Below, piece by piece: positions 23,017 through 31,107 of a stretch of 64,000 nucleotides of DNA. The stretch lies in the NCBI GenBank assembly GCA_913020665.1, contig CAJVZI010000003.1, positions 6,122-70,121 of the forward strand. The letters run 5' to 3'. Within the stretch, counting starts at the first letter, position 1. Each line of letters starts with the position of its first letter. A program made the position numbers and the translations under genes. Below the pieces are notes generated by a model. The model was given only the letters and a program-made list of their open reading frames with translations, was not told where the DNA came from and ran no database searches. The DNA comes from an uncultured bacterium (lineage in GTDB: Bacteria > Fidelibacterota > Marinisomatia > Marinisomatales > UBA1611).

Positions 23017-24288
23017 ATGAGTACAACGATGCAAGTAGATCATCTTGCGGATGGGGTCAAGACACATAAAAGATCCAGCTTCCTCATCTCTATATTCAAA
23101 AGTGGACTATTAAAGAAATTCCAAGGTCTAAGAACGGGGAACATACTAGTTTATGATGGGAACGATGAATTTTCTTTTGGAGATGATGGGTCAGATGAAA
23201 AAGTAGTTGTGAATATCCATTCGCAGGAATTCTATGTTATGGTTGGAAGCGGCGGAGCTTTAGGCCTTGCGGAGGCTTATATGGCAGGGTTCTGGTCTTC
23301 GGATAATGTGGTAAAGCTCTTTCAAATAATCTTAAGGAATAGGGATATCCTACTATCTCTTGAAAGAGGTTTTGCTAAACTTATTAAACCGATAAATAAA
23401 ATGATCCACCGTAGTAGACAAAATACACTTCAAGGCAGCAAAAAGAATATTGTAGCACATTATGATCTTAGTAATGATTTTTATAAGCTTTGGCTTGATC
23501 CAACAATGACATATTCTTGTGCATTTTTTAAGGATGAATCAGTAACCCTTGAAGAAGCATCCAAAGAAAAGTTGGATCGAATATGCAGAAAATTAAATTT
23601 ATCGGAGCAGGATTCTGTTCTGGAGATAGGTACAGGTTGGGGTAGCTTTTCAATTCATGCCGCAAAAAATTATGGTTGCAATGTTACCACTACAACCATA
23701 TCTGATGCTCAGTATGAATATGCAAGCTCTCGAATAAAAGAGGAGGGATTAGAATCAAAAATAACTCTCATTAATAAAGACTATCGTGAGTTGGATGGTA
23801 AATATGATAAGATTGTTTCAATAGAGATGATCGAAGCGGTTGGATACGAGTATATCTCAGGATTTTTCTCAAAATTATCATCTTTATTAAAAAGTAATGG
23901 ATTCATTGCGCTGCAGGGTATTACATACAATGATCAAAATTTTGATGTCTATAAAGATTCAGTAGATTTTATAAAAAAATACATATTTCCAGGTTCATGT
24001 TTAATCTCTATTTCGCAGATCACTGAAGTGATAAAAAAAGATACAGATCTTGCGATGATAGATATGGAAGATATTACAAAGCACTATGCCATAACCTTGA
24101 ATAGATGGAGGAAAAATTTTATTGATGTACTCCCTAAGGTAAAAGAGATGGGATATTCTCAAGCATTTATTAATATGTGGGAGTTTTACTTTTTATATTG
24201 TGAGGCTGGTTTTCTAGAAAGGAATATTGGAGATGTCCAATTGGTCTTTGCAAAATCTGGCACCAGAGATATAAATATTAATTATTAA
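23017..24288 (+). CDS. cyclopropane-fatty-acyl-phospholipid synthase family SAM-dependent methyltransferase (long form)
   Basis: It shows HYDLSNDFYKLWLDPTMTYSCAFF, the SAM motif VLEIGTGWGSF and a C-terminal WEFYFLYCEAGF segment. Confidence 0.9.
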   Translation: MSTTMQVDHLADGVKTHKRSSFLISIFKSGLLKKFQGLRTGNILVYDGNDEFSFGDDGSDEKVVVNIHSQEFYVMVGSGGALGLAEAYMAGFWSSDNVVKLFQIILRNRDILLSLERGFAKLIKPINKMIHRSRQNTLQGSKKNIVAHYDLSNDFYKLWLDPTMTYSCAFFKDESVTLEEASKEKLDRICRKLNLSEQDSVLEIGTGWGSFSIHAAKNYGCNVTTTTISDAQYEYASSRIKEEGLESKITLINKDYRELDGKYDKIVSIEMIEAVGYEYISGFFSKLSSLLKSNGFIALQGITYNDQNFDVYKDSVDFIKKYIFPGSCLISISQITEVIKKDTDLAMIDMEDITKHYAITLNRWRKNFIDVLPKVKEMGYSQAFINMWEFYFLYCEAGFLERNIGDVQLVFAKSGTRDININY

Positions 24289-24291
24289 CAT

Positions 24292-25326
24292 ATGATATCA
24301 AAACTAATTGAATTAGCAGAAAAGGGTTTGATCCCTGATTTTATGATCAGAGCAGGGATTGTGAGAAATTGTAAAAATCGACTACGAAATGAAAGCTCTT
24401 TTTCAAAACAAGAACTGGATGCAAAAAAGCAAAAGTGGGTCGAGCAAATGAAAGAGAGTCCTATTGCCCTTGTTCCAGAAAAAGCCAATGAACAACATTA
24501 TGAGGTCCCCCCATCATTTTTTGAAGAGGCTTTAGGCTCTAATCTAAAGTATAGCTCTGGCTATTGGCCTAGTAGCGAAACAACCCTTGATCAATCTGAA
24601 GTTTCTATGTTAGAGTTAAGCTGTGAAAGAGCAGAATTGAAAGATGGACAAAATATTCTTGAGCTTGGGTGTGGATGGGGTTCTCTAACTTGTTTTATGG
24701 CAAGCCAATATCCAAACAGTCAGATCACAGCAGTTAGTAATTCAAAAGACCAAAAGGAACATATTTTGAAAAGATGCGAAGATAGTGGTCTAGCAAATGT
24801 AAATGTTATTACGGCTGATATGAATGAATTTAGCACAGACCAAAGTTTTGATCGGGTTATATCAATAGAGATGTTTGAGCATATGAGGAATTATAAAAAA
24901 CTATTATCGAGAATTTCAACTTTCCTAGATATTAAAGGAAAATTATTTGTTCATATTTTCGCACATGATCATTTAGTCTATCCATTTGAGAATAAGGGAG
25001 ATGCAGATTGGATGGCCAGAGAATTTTTTTCAGGTGGGATGATGCCTTCTCATGACCTATTTGAATATTTTCAAGACGATCTTAAGGTTGAGAAGAGCTG
25101 GAGGGAGTCAGGGACTCATTATGAAAAGACATCCCTAGCCTGGCTAAATAAAATGGATAAGAATAAAAGCAAGATCATGGGAATATTTGAAAGCACTTAT
25201 GGCTTAGAAGATGCAAAAAAATGGTTTCAGAGATGGCGCATATTTTTTATGTCATGTGAAAAATTATTTGGATATAAAAATGGGACAGAGTGGGGTGTAT
25301 CCCATTACCGTTTCATCAAACATTAG
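24292..25326 (+). CDS. second CFA-synthase/mycolic-acid-methyltransferase-like SAM-dependent methyltransferase (short form)
   Basis: It shows QHYEVPPSFFEEALGSNLKYSSGYW, ILELGCGWGSL, ISIEMFEHM and WRIFFMSCEKLF. Confidence 0.85.
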   Translation: MISKLIELAEKGLIPDFMIRAGIVRNCKNRLRNESSFSKQELDAKKQKWVEQMKESPIALVPEKANEQHYEVPPSFFEEALGSNLKYSSGYWPSSETTLDQSEVSMLELSCERAELKDGQNILELGCGWGSLTCFMASQYPNSQITAVSNSKDQKEHILKRCEDSGLANVNVITADMNEFSTDQSFDRVISIEMFEHMRNYKKLLSRISTFLDIKGKLFVHIFAHDHLVYPFENKGDADWMAREFFSGGMMPSHDLFEYFQDDLKVEKSWRESGTHYEKTSLAWLNKMDKNKSKIMGIFESTYGLEDAKKWFQRWRIFFMSCEKLFGYKNGTEWGVSHYRFIKH

Positions 25327-25334
25327 ATCAATCT

Positions 25335-26051
25335 ATGGAAATACTAATATTTCTTTTCTGTCACTGGTATCTGTCGCTGTTCTTTCAGACATTCTTTTTA
25401 CATCGTTATGCTTCACACAATATGTTTAAAATGAGTCCGTTTTGGGAGAAGACCTTTTTCTTTCTTACTTTTATATTCCAAGGTTCATCATTTCTACATC
25501 CTGCAGCATATAGTGTAATGCATAGAAGACATCATTCGCATGCTGATACACCAAAAGACCCTCATTCGCCTGTTCATCTTAAAAATATTATTTCCTTCAA
25601 CCTGGCAACAGTGGTAGAATATAGAAAACTGGTCAACGAATTTATGAAAGGTGAAAGGACCATCACGGATGCTCCTAGGTGGCATCGATTAGAGTCGATT
25701 GCAGAATCTTTGTGGACCAGAGTAGCTTTTATATTCTTATATTTTTTATTTTATGTTTTTTTTGCAACCTCTACGTGGCAATACTTATTATTCCCATTAC
25801 ATATTACTATGGGTTCTATGCATGGCTTTATCGTTAATTGGTTTGGACATAAGACAGGTTACAGGAATTATGATTCAATGCCTGATAACTCAAAAAATAC
25901 TCTGCCTGTAGATTTTTTAATGATGGGGGAGCTATACCAGAATAATCATCATCGAAAGCCAAAAGAACTCAATTTCGCAGTGCGATGGTTTGAACTAGAT
26001 TTCGGGTACCTCGCAACATCAGTACTCAAAAGATTAAAAATAATATACTAA
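25335..26051 (+). CDS. membrane fatty-acid desaturase (acyl-lipid/acyl-CoA desaturase-like)
   Basis: Three histidine boxes are present: HRYASH, HRRHHSH and NNHHRKP. I chose the ATG at 25335 to avoid overlap with the upstream gene. Confidence 0.8.
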   Translation: MEILIFLFCHWYLSLFFQTFFLHRYASHNMFKMSPFWEKTFFFLTFIFQGSSFLHPAAYSVMHRRHHSHADTPKDPHSPVHLKNIISFNLATVVEYRKLVNEFMKGERTITDAPRWHRLESIAESLWTRVAFIFLYFLFYVFFATSTWQYLLFPLHITMGSMHGFIVNWFGHKTGYRNYDSMPDNSKNTLPVDFLMMGELYQNNHHRKPKELNFAVRWFELDFGYLATSVLKRLKIIY

Positions 26052-26057
26052 AGAATA

Positions 26058-26939
26058 ATGCCTCAGAATATTAAAGATTATATAGCGGTTATAATTGCTT
26101 TCTCTTTGGGCGCTTTAGTGGCAGTCGCAGGCTCTAATGGTGGTTATGAATATAAAGGTTACTCGATCTTGTTAATATGCATGGCCTTCAGCTTCCTATT
26201 ACATTGGATCGCTTTTTTACCATCATATTTGGCAAGAACAGAAAAATTTTATGATATAATAGGGACTGTTGCATATCTTACAGTTTTAGCTACAGCATCT
26301 TACTTAACAATCCTTTCAACTAATGGTCACCTGCAAATAAGGTCAATTATAACGATAGCTCTTGTTACCATATGGGCACTAAGATTAGGCTTATTTCTTT
26401 TCATTCGTGTTCTTAAGGCGGGAGAGGATCGAAGATTTCGAGAAGTGAAACAAAATTTCTCAAAGTTTTTAGTTTGGTGGAGTGTATCAGCGTTATGGGT
26501 CTTTCTTACTTCTGCAAATGCATTAACAATGATCATTAATAATGTTGGTTATTCTGATGATCTATATCTTTTTCTTGGTCTTCTTCTCTGGTTAGTAGGA
26601 TTTTCTTTCGAGGCCATAGCAGACGAGCAGAAAAGAAGGTTTAAATCTGATGTAAATAACAAAGATTCTTTTATTCAAACAGGTCTCTGGAGTATATCCA
26701 GGCATCCAAATTATTTTGGTGAAATATTATTATGGATAGGAATGGCGGTTATTGCCTTTCCTACGCTGGAAGGTTGGCAGTATGTAACATTGATCTCACC
26801 CTTTTTTATTTATGTACTCCTCACTAGGGTGAGTGGTGTAAATCTTTTAGAGCAACGTGCAGATCAAAAATGGGGTGGCGACGAAGACTATGAGATATAC
26901 AAGAAGAATACACCTGTCTTAATTCCATATATAAAATAA
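26058..26939 (+). CDS. DUF1295 / steroid-5-alpha-reductase-like membrane protein
   Basis: It is multi-pass and carries the family hallmark GLWSISRHPNYFGEILLWIG. Confidence 0.8.
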   Translation: MPQNIKDYIAVIIAFSLGALVAVAGSNGGYEYKGYSILLICMAFSFLLHWIAFLPSYLARTEKFYDIIGTVAYLTVLATASYLTILSTNGHLQIRSIITIALVTIWALRLGLFLFIRVLKAGEDRRFREVKQNFSKFLVWWSVSALWVFLTSANALTMIINNVGYSDDLYLFLGLLLWLVGFSFEAIADEQKRRFKSDVNNKDSFIQTGLWSISRHPNYFGEILLWIGMAVIAFPTLEGWQYVTLISPFFIYVLLTRVSGVNLLEQRADQKWGGDEDYEIYKKNTPVLIPYIK

Positions 26940-26949
26940 GAGATATGGA

Positions 26950-27525
26950 ATGCCCCGCTCCCTTTTTATCACTACAGTTATAATATTACTCTTTTTACAA
27001 AATTCAATTATGGCCATTGAAACTCCAAATTTTAAATTAATAAAAAAAGAAGGCGAATTTGAGATCCGTGAATATGAGCCTATGATCATTGCTATGACAA
27101 AGGTAAAAAGTGGATACAGGGAAGCATCTAGTACAGGATTTAGAAGAATTGCAAATTATATTTTTGGTGGAAATCAGAAGCAAATGGAAATCAAAATGAC
27201 AGCACCTGTTATCACTGATGTGCCTAATGTAAAAGGTATGTATGATATACTTTTTGTAATGCCATCCCAGCATAAATTTGATGATCTCCCAATTCCTGAT
27301 GATGATAATGTTGAACTCAAGGTGAAAGAACTAGGTAAAACAGCTGTTATACAGTTTGGTGGTTGGGCAACTGAGAGCAGAGCAACTCACTACAAGGAAA
27401 AATTAGAACAGTTTATTGAAACTAGTGGATATGAGATCAACAGCGATTACATGGTAGCTCAGTATAATTCGCCATGGGCTCTACCCCCATTTAGAAGAAA
27501 TGAAATTATTATAATGATAAAATAA
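26950..27525 (+). CDS. SOUL heme-binding family protein (secreted)
   Basis: It has a signal peptide and SOUL motifs (ETPNFKLIKKEGEFEIREYEP, GFRRIANYIFGGN, KMTAPV, YNSPWALPPFRRNEI). Confidence 0.8.
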   Translation: MPRSLFITTVIILLFLQNSIMAIETPNFKLIKKEGEFEIREYEPMIIAMTKVKSGYREASSTGFRRIANYIFGGNQKQMEIKMTAPVITDVPNVKGMYDILFVMPSQHKFDDLPIPDDDNVELKVKELGKTAVIQFGGWATESRATHYKEKLEQFIETSGYEINSDYMVAQYNSPWALPPFRRNEIIIMIK

Positions 27526-27529
27526 TAAT

Positions 27530-27547
27530 AACGCTCATAACGCTCAT
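27530..27547 (+). promoter_or_regulatory. tandem 9-mer site b (AACGCTCAT AACGCTCAT), candidate operator
   Basis: This is a perfect direct repeat. It sits 7 nt upstream of TTGAAG (27555-27560) and 60 nt before the ATG at 27608. An inverted half-site AGCGTT follows at 27559-27564. Confidence 0.5.
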
Positions 27548-27607
27548 TTAATACTTGAAGCGTTTAGAAATATTTTATAACCTTCCACTATCAATTATCA
27601 GCAAAGT

Positions 27608-28099
27608 ATGTCTTTTGAACAAAAAGTATTAATTAGAGGTGTAGAGCCACTCGATGTGATCAGGTGTTTTCATGACCGTAAGTTCGTAGAGTTTCTTACA
27701 GCGTTACAACCAGTGAAGATAAAAAGTTGGAGAGGGATTAACGATGAAATGGAAGCTTCCTTTTCCTTTTGGTTTTTTGGTTGGAGAGAGATAAGAGTTG
27801 TGCACAAGAATTATAGAGTTACTAGGAGCTCACTAGAGTTTGAGGATTTAGGGATGAAGCTTCCTTTTGGCTTATCCCACTGGAACCATCATCATATTGT
27901 TGAGTTACATGAGAAAGGTACCGTTATTGTAGATAAAGTTGAGATGAGCCATCAAAGCCTAGTAAAAAAATATTTTATAATTCCCATCATGTTGTTTCCT
28001 GTTTTTATTAGGCGCTTTACTTATAGAATTTGGTTCTATCTAATGGAGGGCAATACATGGGATTCCTTTAAGAGATTTAAGTCCAATGAAAAAATTTAG
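27608..28099 (+). CDS. hypothetical protein, possibly SRPBCC-fold with C-terminal hydrophobic helix
   Basis: It is an ORF in the operon context behind motif site b. There is no confident family match by eye. Confidence 0.4.
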   Translation: MSFEQKVLIRGVEPLDVIRCFHDRKFVEFLTALQPVKIKSWRGINDEMEASFSFWFFGWREIRVVHKNYRVTRSSLEFEDLGMKLPFGLSHWNHHHIVELHEKGTVIVDKVEMSHQSLVKKYFIIPIMLFPVFIRRFTYRIWFYLMEGNTWDSFKRFKSNEKI

Positions 28100-28571
28100 T
28101 GCCATTTTAATATTATTTGTATTTGCTTGTGAACCAAAAGAGAAATCTAGTGGATATATGTTCAATGAGAGATGGATTTCAGTAGATGGTCAAAGAAGCG
28201 AGGTCTGGTTTCAAGATTGGTCTAGTTATATACGGCTTTTTATTAAGACGCAAAAAGATACTCTGAAAGTCAGTCCAAGTCCCTATGCAACTAGAACAAA
28301 AAACAAACCATATCTCTATCCCAAGCCGTATAAGTTATATGAGGTTGACCAATTAATAGGAAACTTGACATGGGAAAAAGAATTTTCCTGGGAAAATGGG
28401 TACGAAAATAACTTTGCATGGAAGGTCGACCGAAGTAATCCAAAGAGAACGTTACCTCTTGACTATGAGGGTATGGCCAAAAATGAGGGTGGAAAACTTA
28501 GGCTAATCATCAAAGAAAATGATAAATTGATCTTTAATACCCTGCTTGAACCTCTCAAATATAAAAAATAA
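28086..28571 (+). CDS. hypothetical lipoprotein
   Basis: It has a lipobox (LILFVFAC) and overlaps the upstream gene by 14 nt. Confidence 0.5.
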   Translation: MKKFSAILILFVFACEPKEKSSGYMFNERWISVDGQRSEVWFQDWSSYIRLFIKTQKDTLKVSPSPYATRTKNKPYLYPKPYKLYEVDQLIGNLTWEKEFSWENGYENNFAWKVDRSNPKRTLPLDYEGMAKNEGGKLRLIIKENDKLIFNTLLEPLKYKK

Positions 28572-28581
28572 TATATAATAT

Positions 28582-28599
28582 AACGCTCATAACGCTCAT
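28582..28599 (+). promoter_or_regulatory. tandem 9-mer site c (AACGCTCAT AACGCTCAT), candidate operator
   Basis: This perfect direct repeat is identical to site b over 25 nt (28580-28604 versus 27528-27552). It sits 7 nt upstream of a consensus TTGACA. Confidence 0.5.
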
Positions 28600-28606
28600 T
28601 TAATTC

Positions 28607-28634
28607 TTGACATTGATTATATGGGCATTATAAT
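28607..28634 (+). promoter_or_regulatory. sigma-70-type promoter (TTGACA, 16-nt spacer, TATAAT) for the 28658-31035 operon
   Basis: A perfect -35 lies at 28607-28612 and a perfect -10 at 28629-28634, 23 nt before the ATG at 28658. Confidence 0.55.
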
Positions 28635-28657
28635 TTTCGTCAACTTATGGAGCAATT

Positions 28658-28939
28658 ATGTCAATATTAGATGCAGTCGCCAGAGGCGCAGACCTCAAAC
28701 ACTTTAACGAGAAAAAAGAGGTCAAGAATAATTTTGATGCGCGGAAAGCAGACCAAGACCTCAAAGCTTGCCCTGTGTGCAAGGCGGTATGGGAAATTAT
28801 GGTCTTCAATAAGACCATTGATTACAAATATTATCACAACTTCCCCAGATATGGAAAAGAGAAAGCCGTCTGTCCAAGTTGTACGATCAGGATTAGGAAT
28901 AAGTATTATCACAATGCAGAGGTGCAGGACCCAGCATGA
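28658..28939 (+). CDS. small zinc-ribbon protein (CPVC ... CPSC), unknown function
   Basis: Two CxxC pairs lie 35 aa apart. It has an SD-like GGAG and an ATGA overlap with the next gene. I prefer it over the overlapping alternative-frame ORFs. Confidence 0.55.
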   Translation: MSILDAVARGADLKHFNEKKEVKNNFDARKADQDLKACPVCKAVWEIMVFNKTIDYKYYHNFPRYGKEKAVCPSCTIRIRNKYYHNAEVQDPA

Positions 28940-29241
28940 GCCTAACTTTTATCGATCATCTCGCACTCGAATCCTCCGATATCAATAGATCGGTAAGGTG
29001 GTATAAAAAGCAATTTAATTGTGAGATAAAATATCAAGATAGCTCATGGGCTCTTATCAGGTTCGATAACATTTCATTAGCCTTAGTTACTCCTGGTGAA
29101 CATCCTCCTCACTTTGCAATAGTTGATGAGAACGTAAGGCGCCTTAGAGGCCACAAGGTGCACAGGGATGGAATTGCATACAAGTATGAACCCGATCCCG
29201 ATCTAAATGTAATTGAAAAAATAGATAGGAGATCATCATGA
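28936..29241 (+). CDS. VOC (glyoxalase/bleomycin-resistance/dioxygenase) family protein
   Basis: It shows the VOC pattern FIDHLALESSDINRSVRWYKKQF ... ISLALVTPGEHPPHFA. Confidence 0.75.
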   Translation: MSLTFIDHLALESSDINRSVRWYKKQFNCEIKYQDSSWALIRFDNISLALVTPGEHPPHFAIVDENVRRLRGHKVHRDGIAYKYEPDPDLNVIEKIDRRSS

Positions 29242-29417
29242 CTAGCGTTGATGTAATTACAAATGATAACTACTGCATTATTTCATCATTTATAGAAGAT
29301 GCTGAACAGCTAGTTATTAAAGTTCAAGAATTAACAGCTGATGGTTGGGCGGTATCAGGTGGAATAGCGTCTTCAAGTAGCAAGCTTTTTCAAGCGATGA
29401 CCCGTAAAACAATATGA
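29238..29417 (+). CDS. unlisted 59-aa ORF, DUF1737-like small protein
   Basis: It translates to MTSVDVITNDNYCIISSFIEDAEQLVIKVQELTADGWAVSGGIASSSSKLFQAMTRKTI. It has ATGA overlaps at both ends (29238-29241 and 29414-29417). It falls just below the 60-aa cutoff of the ORF track. Confidence 0.5.
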   Translation: MTSVDVITNDNYCIISSFIEDAEQLVIKVQELTADGWAVSGGIASSSSKLFQAMTRKTI

Positions 29418-30109
29418 ACGTCTTAATATTAGGAGCAGCCGGTGGTATTGGTTCTCAACTGGTTTCTGATTTAGCAGAGTTGCATAATCTCCTTCTGGGT
29501 TACAATCAGAATATGCCTGTAGCCCAATCTGCTAAATTGGAGCCAGTTGATGCTTGTAGTTTTGAATCAGTACAATCGTTTGTGCAGACAGGGCTAGATG
29601 AATTTGGCTCAGTCGATTCCATTGTAAACTTGCCTGGAAACCTGATCCTTAAACCCGCTCACCTTTCGACGGAAGAAGAATTCTATCAGTCCATCGATAT
29701 CAATCTTAAATCAGCTTTTGCTGTTGTCAGAGCTGCTGGATCTATACTAAGGGACTGTTCAATTGTACTCATGTCGACCGCAGCGGTGAGAGTGGGGTTA
29801 GCTAATCACGAGCTCATCTCCTGTGCAAAATCAGGTGTGGAGGGCCTCGCACGGTCTGCTGCCAAGACCTATGCTAAAAAAAATATTAGAGTGAATACGG
29901 TTGCACCGGGGCTAGTTGACACCCCACTTTCTTCTAAAATAGTTAATAACCAAATGGCACTCAATGTCAGCAAAAAAATGCATGCTACAGGTGAAATAGG
30001 AAAACCAAAAGATATTAGTAATATGATCTCCTTTTTGATCGATCCTGAAAATAATTGGATAACAGGTCAAAAATTTGTCGTAGATGGAGGTCTAAGTTCT
30101 ACAAAATAG
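29414..30109 (+). CDS. short-chain dehydrogenase/reductase (SDR)
   Basis: It shows ILGAAGGIGSQL, a catalytic-region segment (CAKSGVEGLARSAAKTYA) and IRVNTVAPGLVDTP. Confidence 0.85.
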   Translation: MNVLILGAAGGIGSQLVSDLAELHNLLLGYNQNMPVAQSAKLEPVDACSFESVQSFVQTGLDEFGSVDSIVNLPGNLILKPAHLSTEEEFYQSIDINLKSAFAVVRAAGSILRDCSIVLMSTAAVRVGLANHELISCAKSGVEGLARSAAKTYAKKNIRVNTVAPGLVDTPLSSKIVNNQMALNVSKKMHATGEIGKPKDISNMISFLIDPENNWITGQKFVVDGGLSSTK

Positions 30110-30118
30110 GAGTAAACA

Positions 30119-30442
30119 ATGAAAAAACCAGCCTTAAGAGAAAAAAGATCAAAATCAAAAGTTTTTAACGAAACGAACTGGACCAAGTCATCAAAGACTG
30201 TGGGACAGTATATTTTTAGGCGTTTATCATTAGATCAGTCAGATAAGGAACTTTCCAGAATAAGACCACGTCATTGCCAAAGTCAATTAATTGTCTCAAG
30301 CAAAGAAATTGATATGTATGTCAGTGACTACCTTAATATGGTTGATAGAAAGAAAAAAGAATCAACACGTCAAAATGGTAATTGGTCAAAAGCAAGATCA
30401 TCAACTAATGGAAAACAAAGCAACGTTATAGCTCGCTGTTAA
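30119..30442 (+). CDS. hypothetical Lys/Arg/Ser-rich basic protein
   Basis: It is an ORF within a tight operon. I recognise no family. Confidence 0.4.
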   Translation: MKKPALREKRSKSKVFNETNWTKSSKTVGQYIFRRLSLDQSDKELSRIRPRHCQSQLIVSSKEIDMYVSDYLNMVDRKKKESTRQNGNWSKARSSTNGKQSNVIARC

Positions 30443-30444
30443 TT

Positions 30445-31035
30445 ATGTTAATTAGATCATGGAGGAAAAAGATAATGGTAGGAATTCTAGTAACAGCAGT
30501 ATCAGGGCTTGCATCAGCCATGTTTAGTAAGAGCTCAATATCAGCAGAGCCTGGAGCTAGGTCTAGTAGTTCATTTTATGATATTAGCCTGCCAGACATA
30601 AATAACGAGCAAATACAACTTGATAAATTTAAAGGTAAAAAACTACTTATTGTGAATGTCGCATCCCGTTGCGGTTACACTTCTCAGTACAAAAAGCTAC
30701 AAGAGCTATATGAGAGACACGGTGATAAATTGGAGATAATTGCAGTACCCTGTAATGATTTTGGATATCAAGAGCCTGGTTCCGCTGAACAGATCAAAAA
30801 CTTTTGTGATATTAATTATGGCGTAACATTTTCAATCGCATCAAAACAAAAGATCAAATCGTCGCCCCAAAGTGAGATCTACAACTGGCTTTCAGATCCT
30901 AAATTAAATGGATGGAATGATCAGCTCCCTTCCTGGAACTTTTGTAAGTACTTAATAAGTGAGCAAGGTGAGCTTATGCATTTCTACAGGAGCAGTGTCG
31001 ATCCGATGAGTGAAGAGATTTTAAGTATTCTATAA
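30445..31035 (+). CDS. glutathione peroxidase (Cys-type), membrane-anchored or secreted
   Basis: It shows the GPx signatures LLIVNVASRCGYTSQY and IIAVPCNDFGYQEPGS, plus WNFCKYLI. Confidence 0.9.
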   Translation: MLIRSWRKKIMVGILVTAVSGLASAMFSKSSISAEPGARSSSSFYDISLPDINNEQIQLDKFKGKKLLIVNVASRCGYTSQYKKLQELYERHGDKLEIIAVPCNDFGYQEPGSAEQIKNFCDINYGVTFSIASKQKIKSSPQSEIYNWLSDPKLNGWNDQLPSWNFCKYLISEQGELMHFYRSSVDPMSEEILSIL

Positions 31036-31107
31036 AGAATATATAGATCTCTTTTAAACCTGTTAAGGTTTCACAGTCTTTTATTTAAGTCACTATCATA
31101 GATAAGA

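Noticed and set aside
28667-28988. Alternative ORFs overlapping the zinc-ribbon gene: 28671-28988 on the plus strand and 28667-28912 on the minus strand.
   Set aside because: The 28658-28939 frame has paired CxxC motifs, an SD-like site and an ATGA coupling to the VOC gene. The alternatives are Arg/Ser/Thr-rich or lack any start context.
29238-29417. The possibility that the DUF1737-like small ORF marks a prophage or defence element, since the family is often phage-associated.
   Set aside because: I see no integrase, capsid, terminase, repressor, att-like repeat or compositional shift nearby. The ORF is embedded in a translationally coupled metabolic operon.
31056-31071. A possible terminator hairpin AAACC-TGTTAA-GGTTT after the glutathione peroxidase gene.
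   Set aside because: The stem is only 5 bp and AT-rich, and the T-rich stretch is interrupted and 8 nt away. This is too weak to call, so the photolyase-family gene may be co-transcribed.
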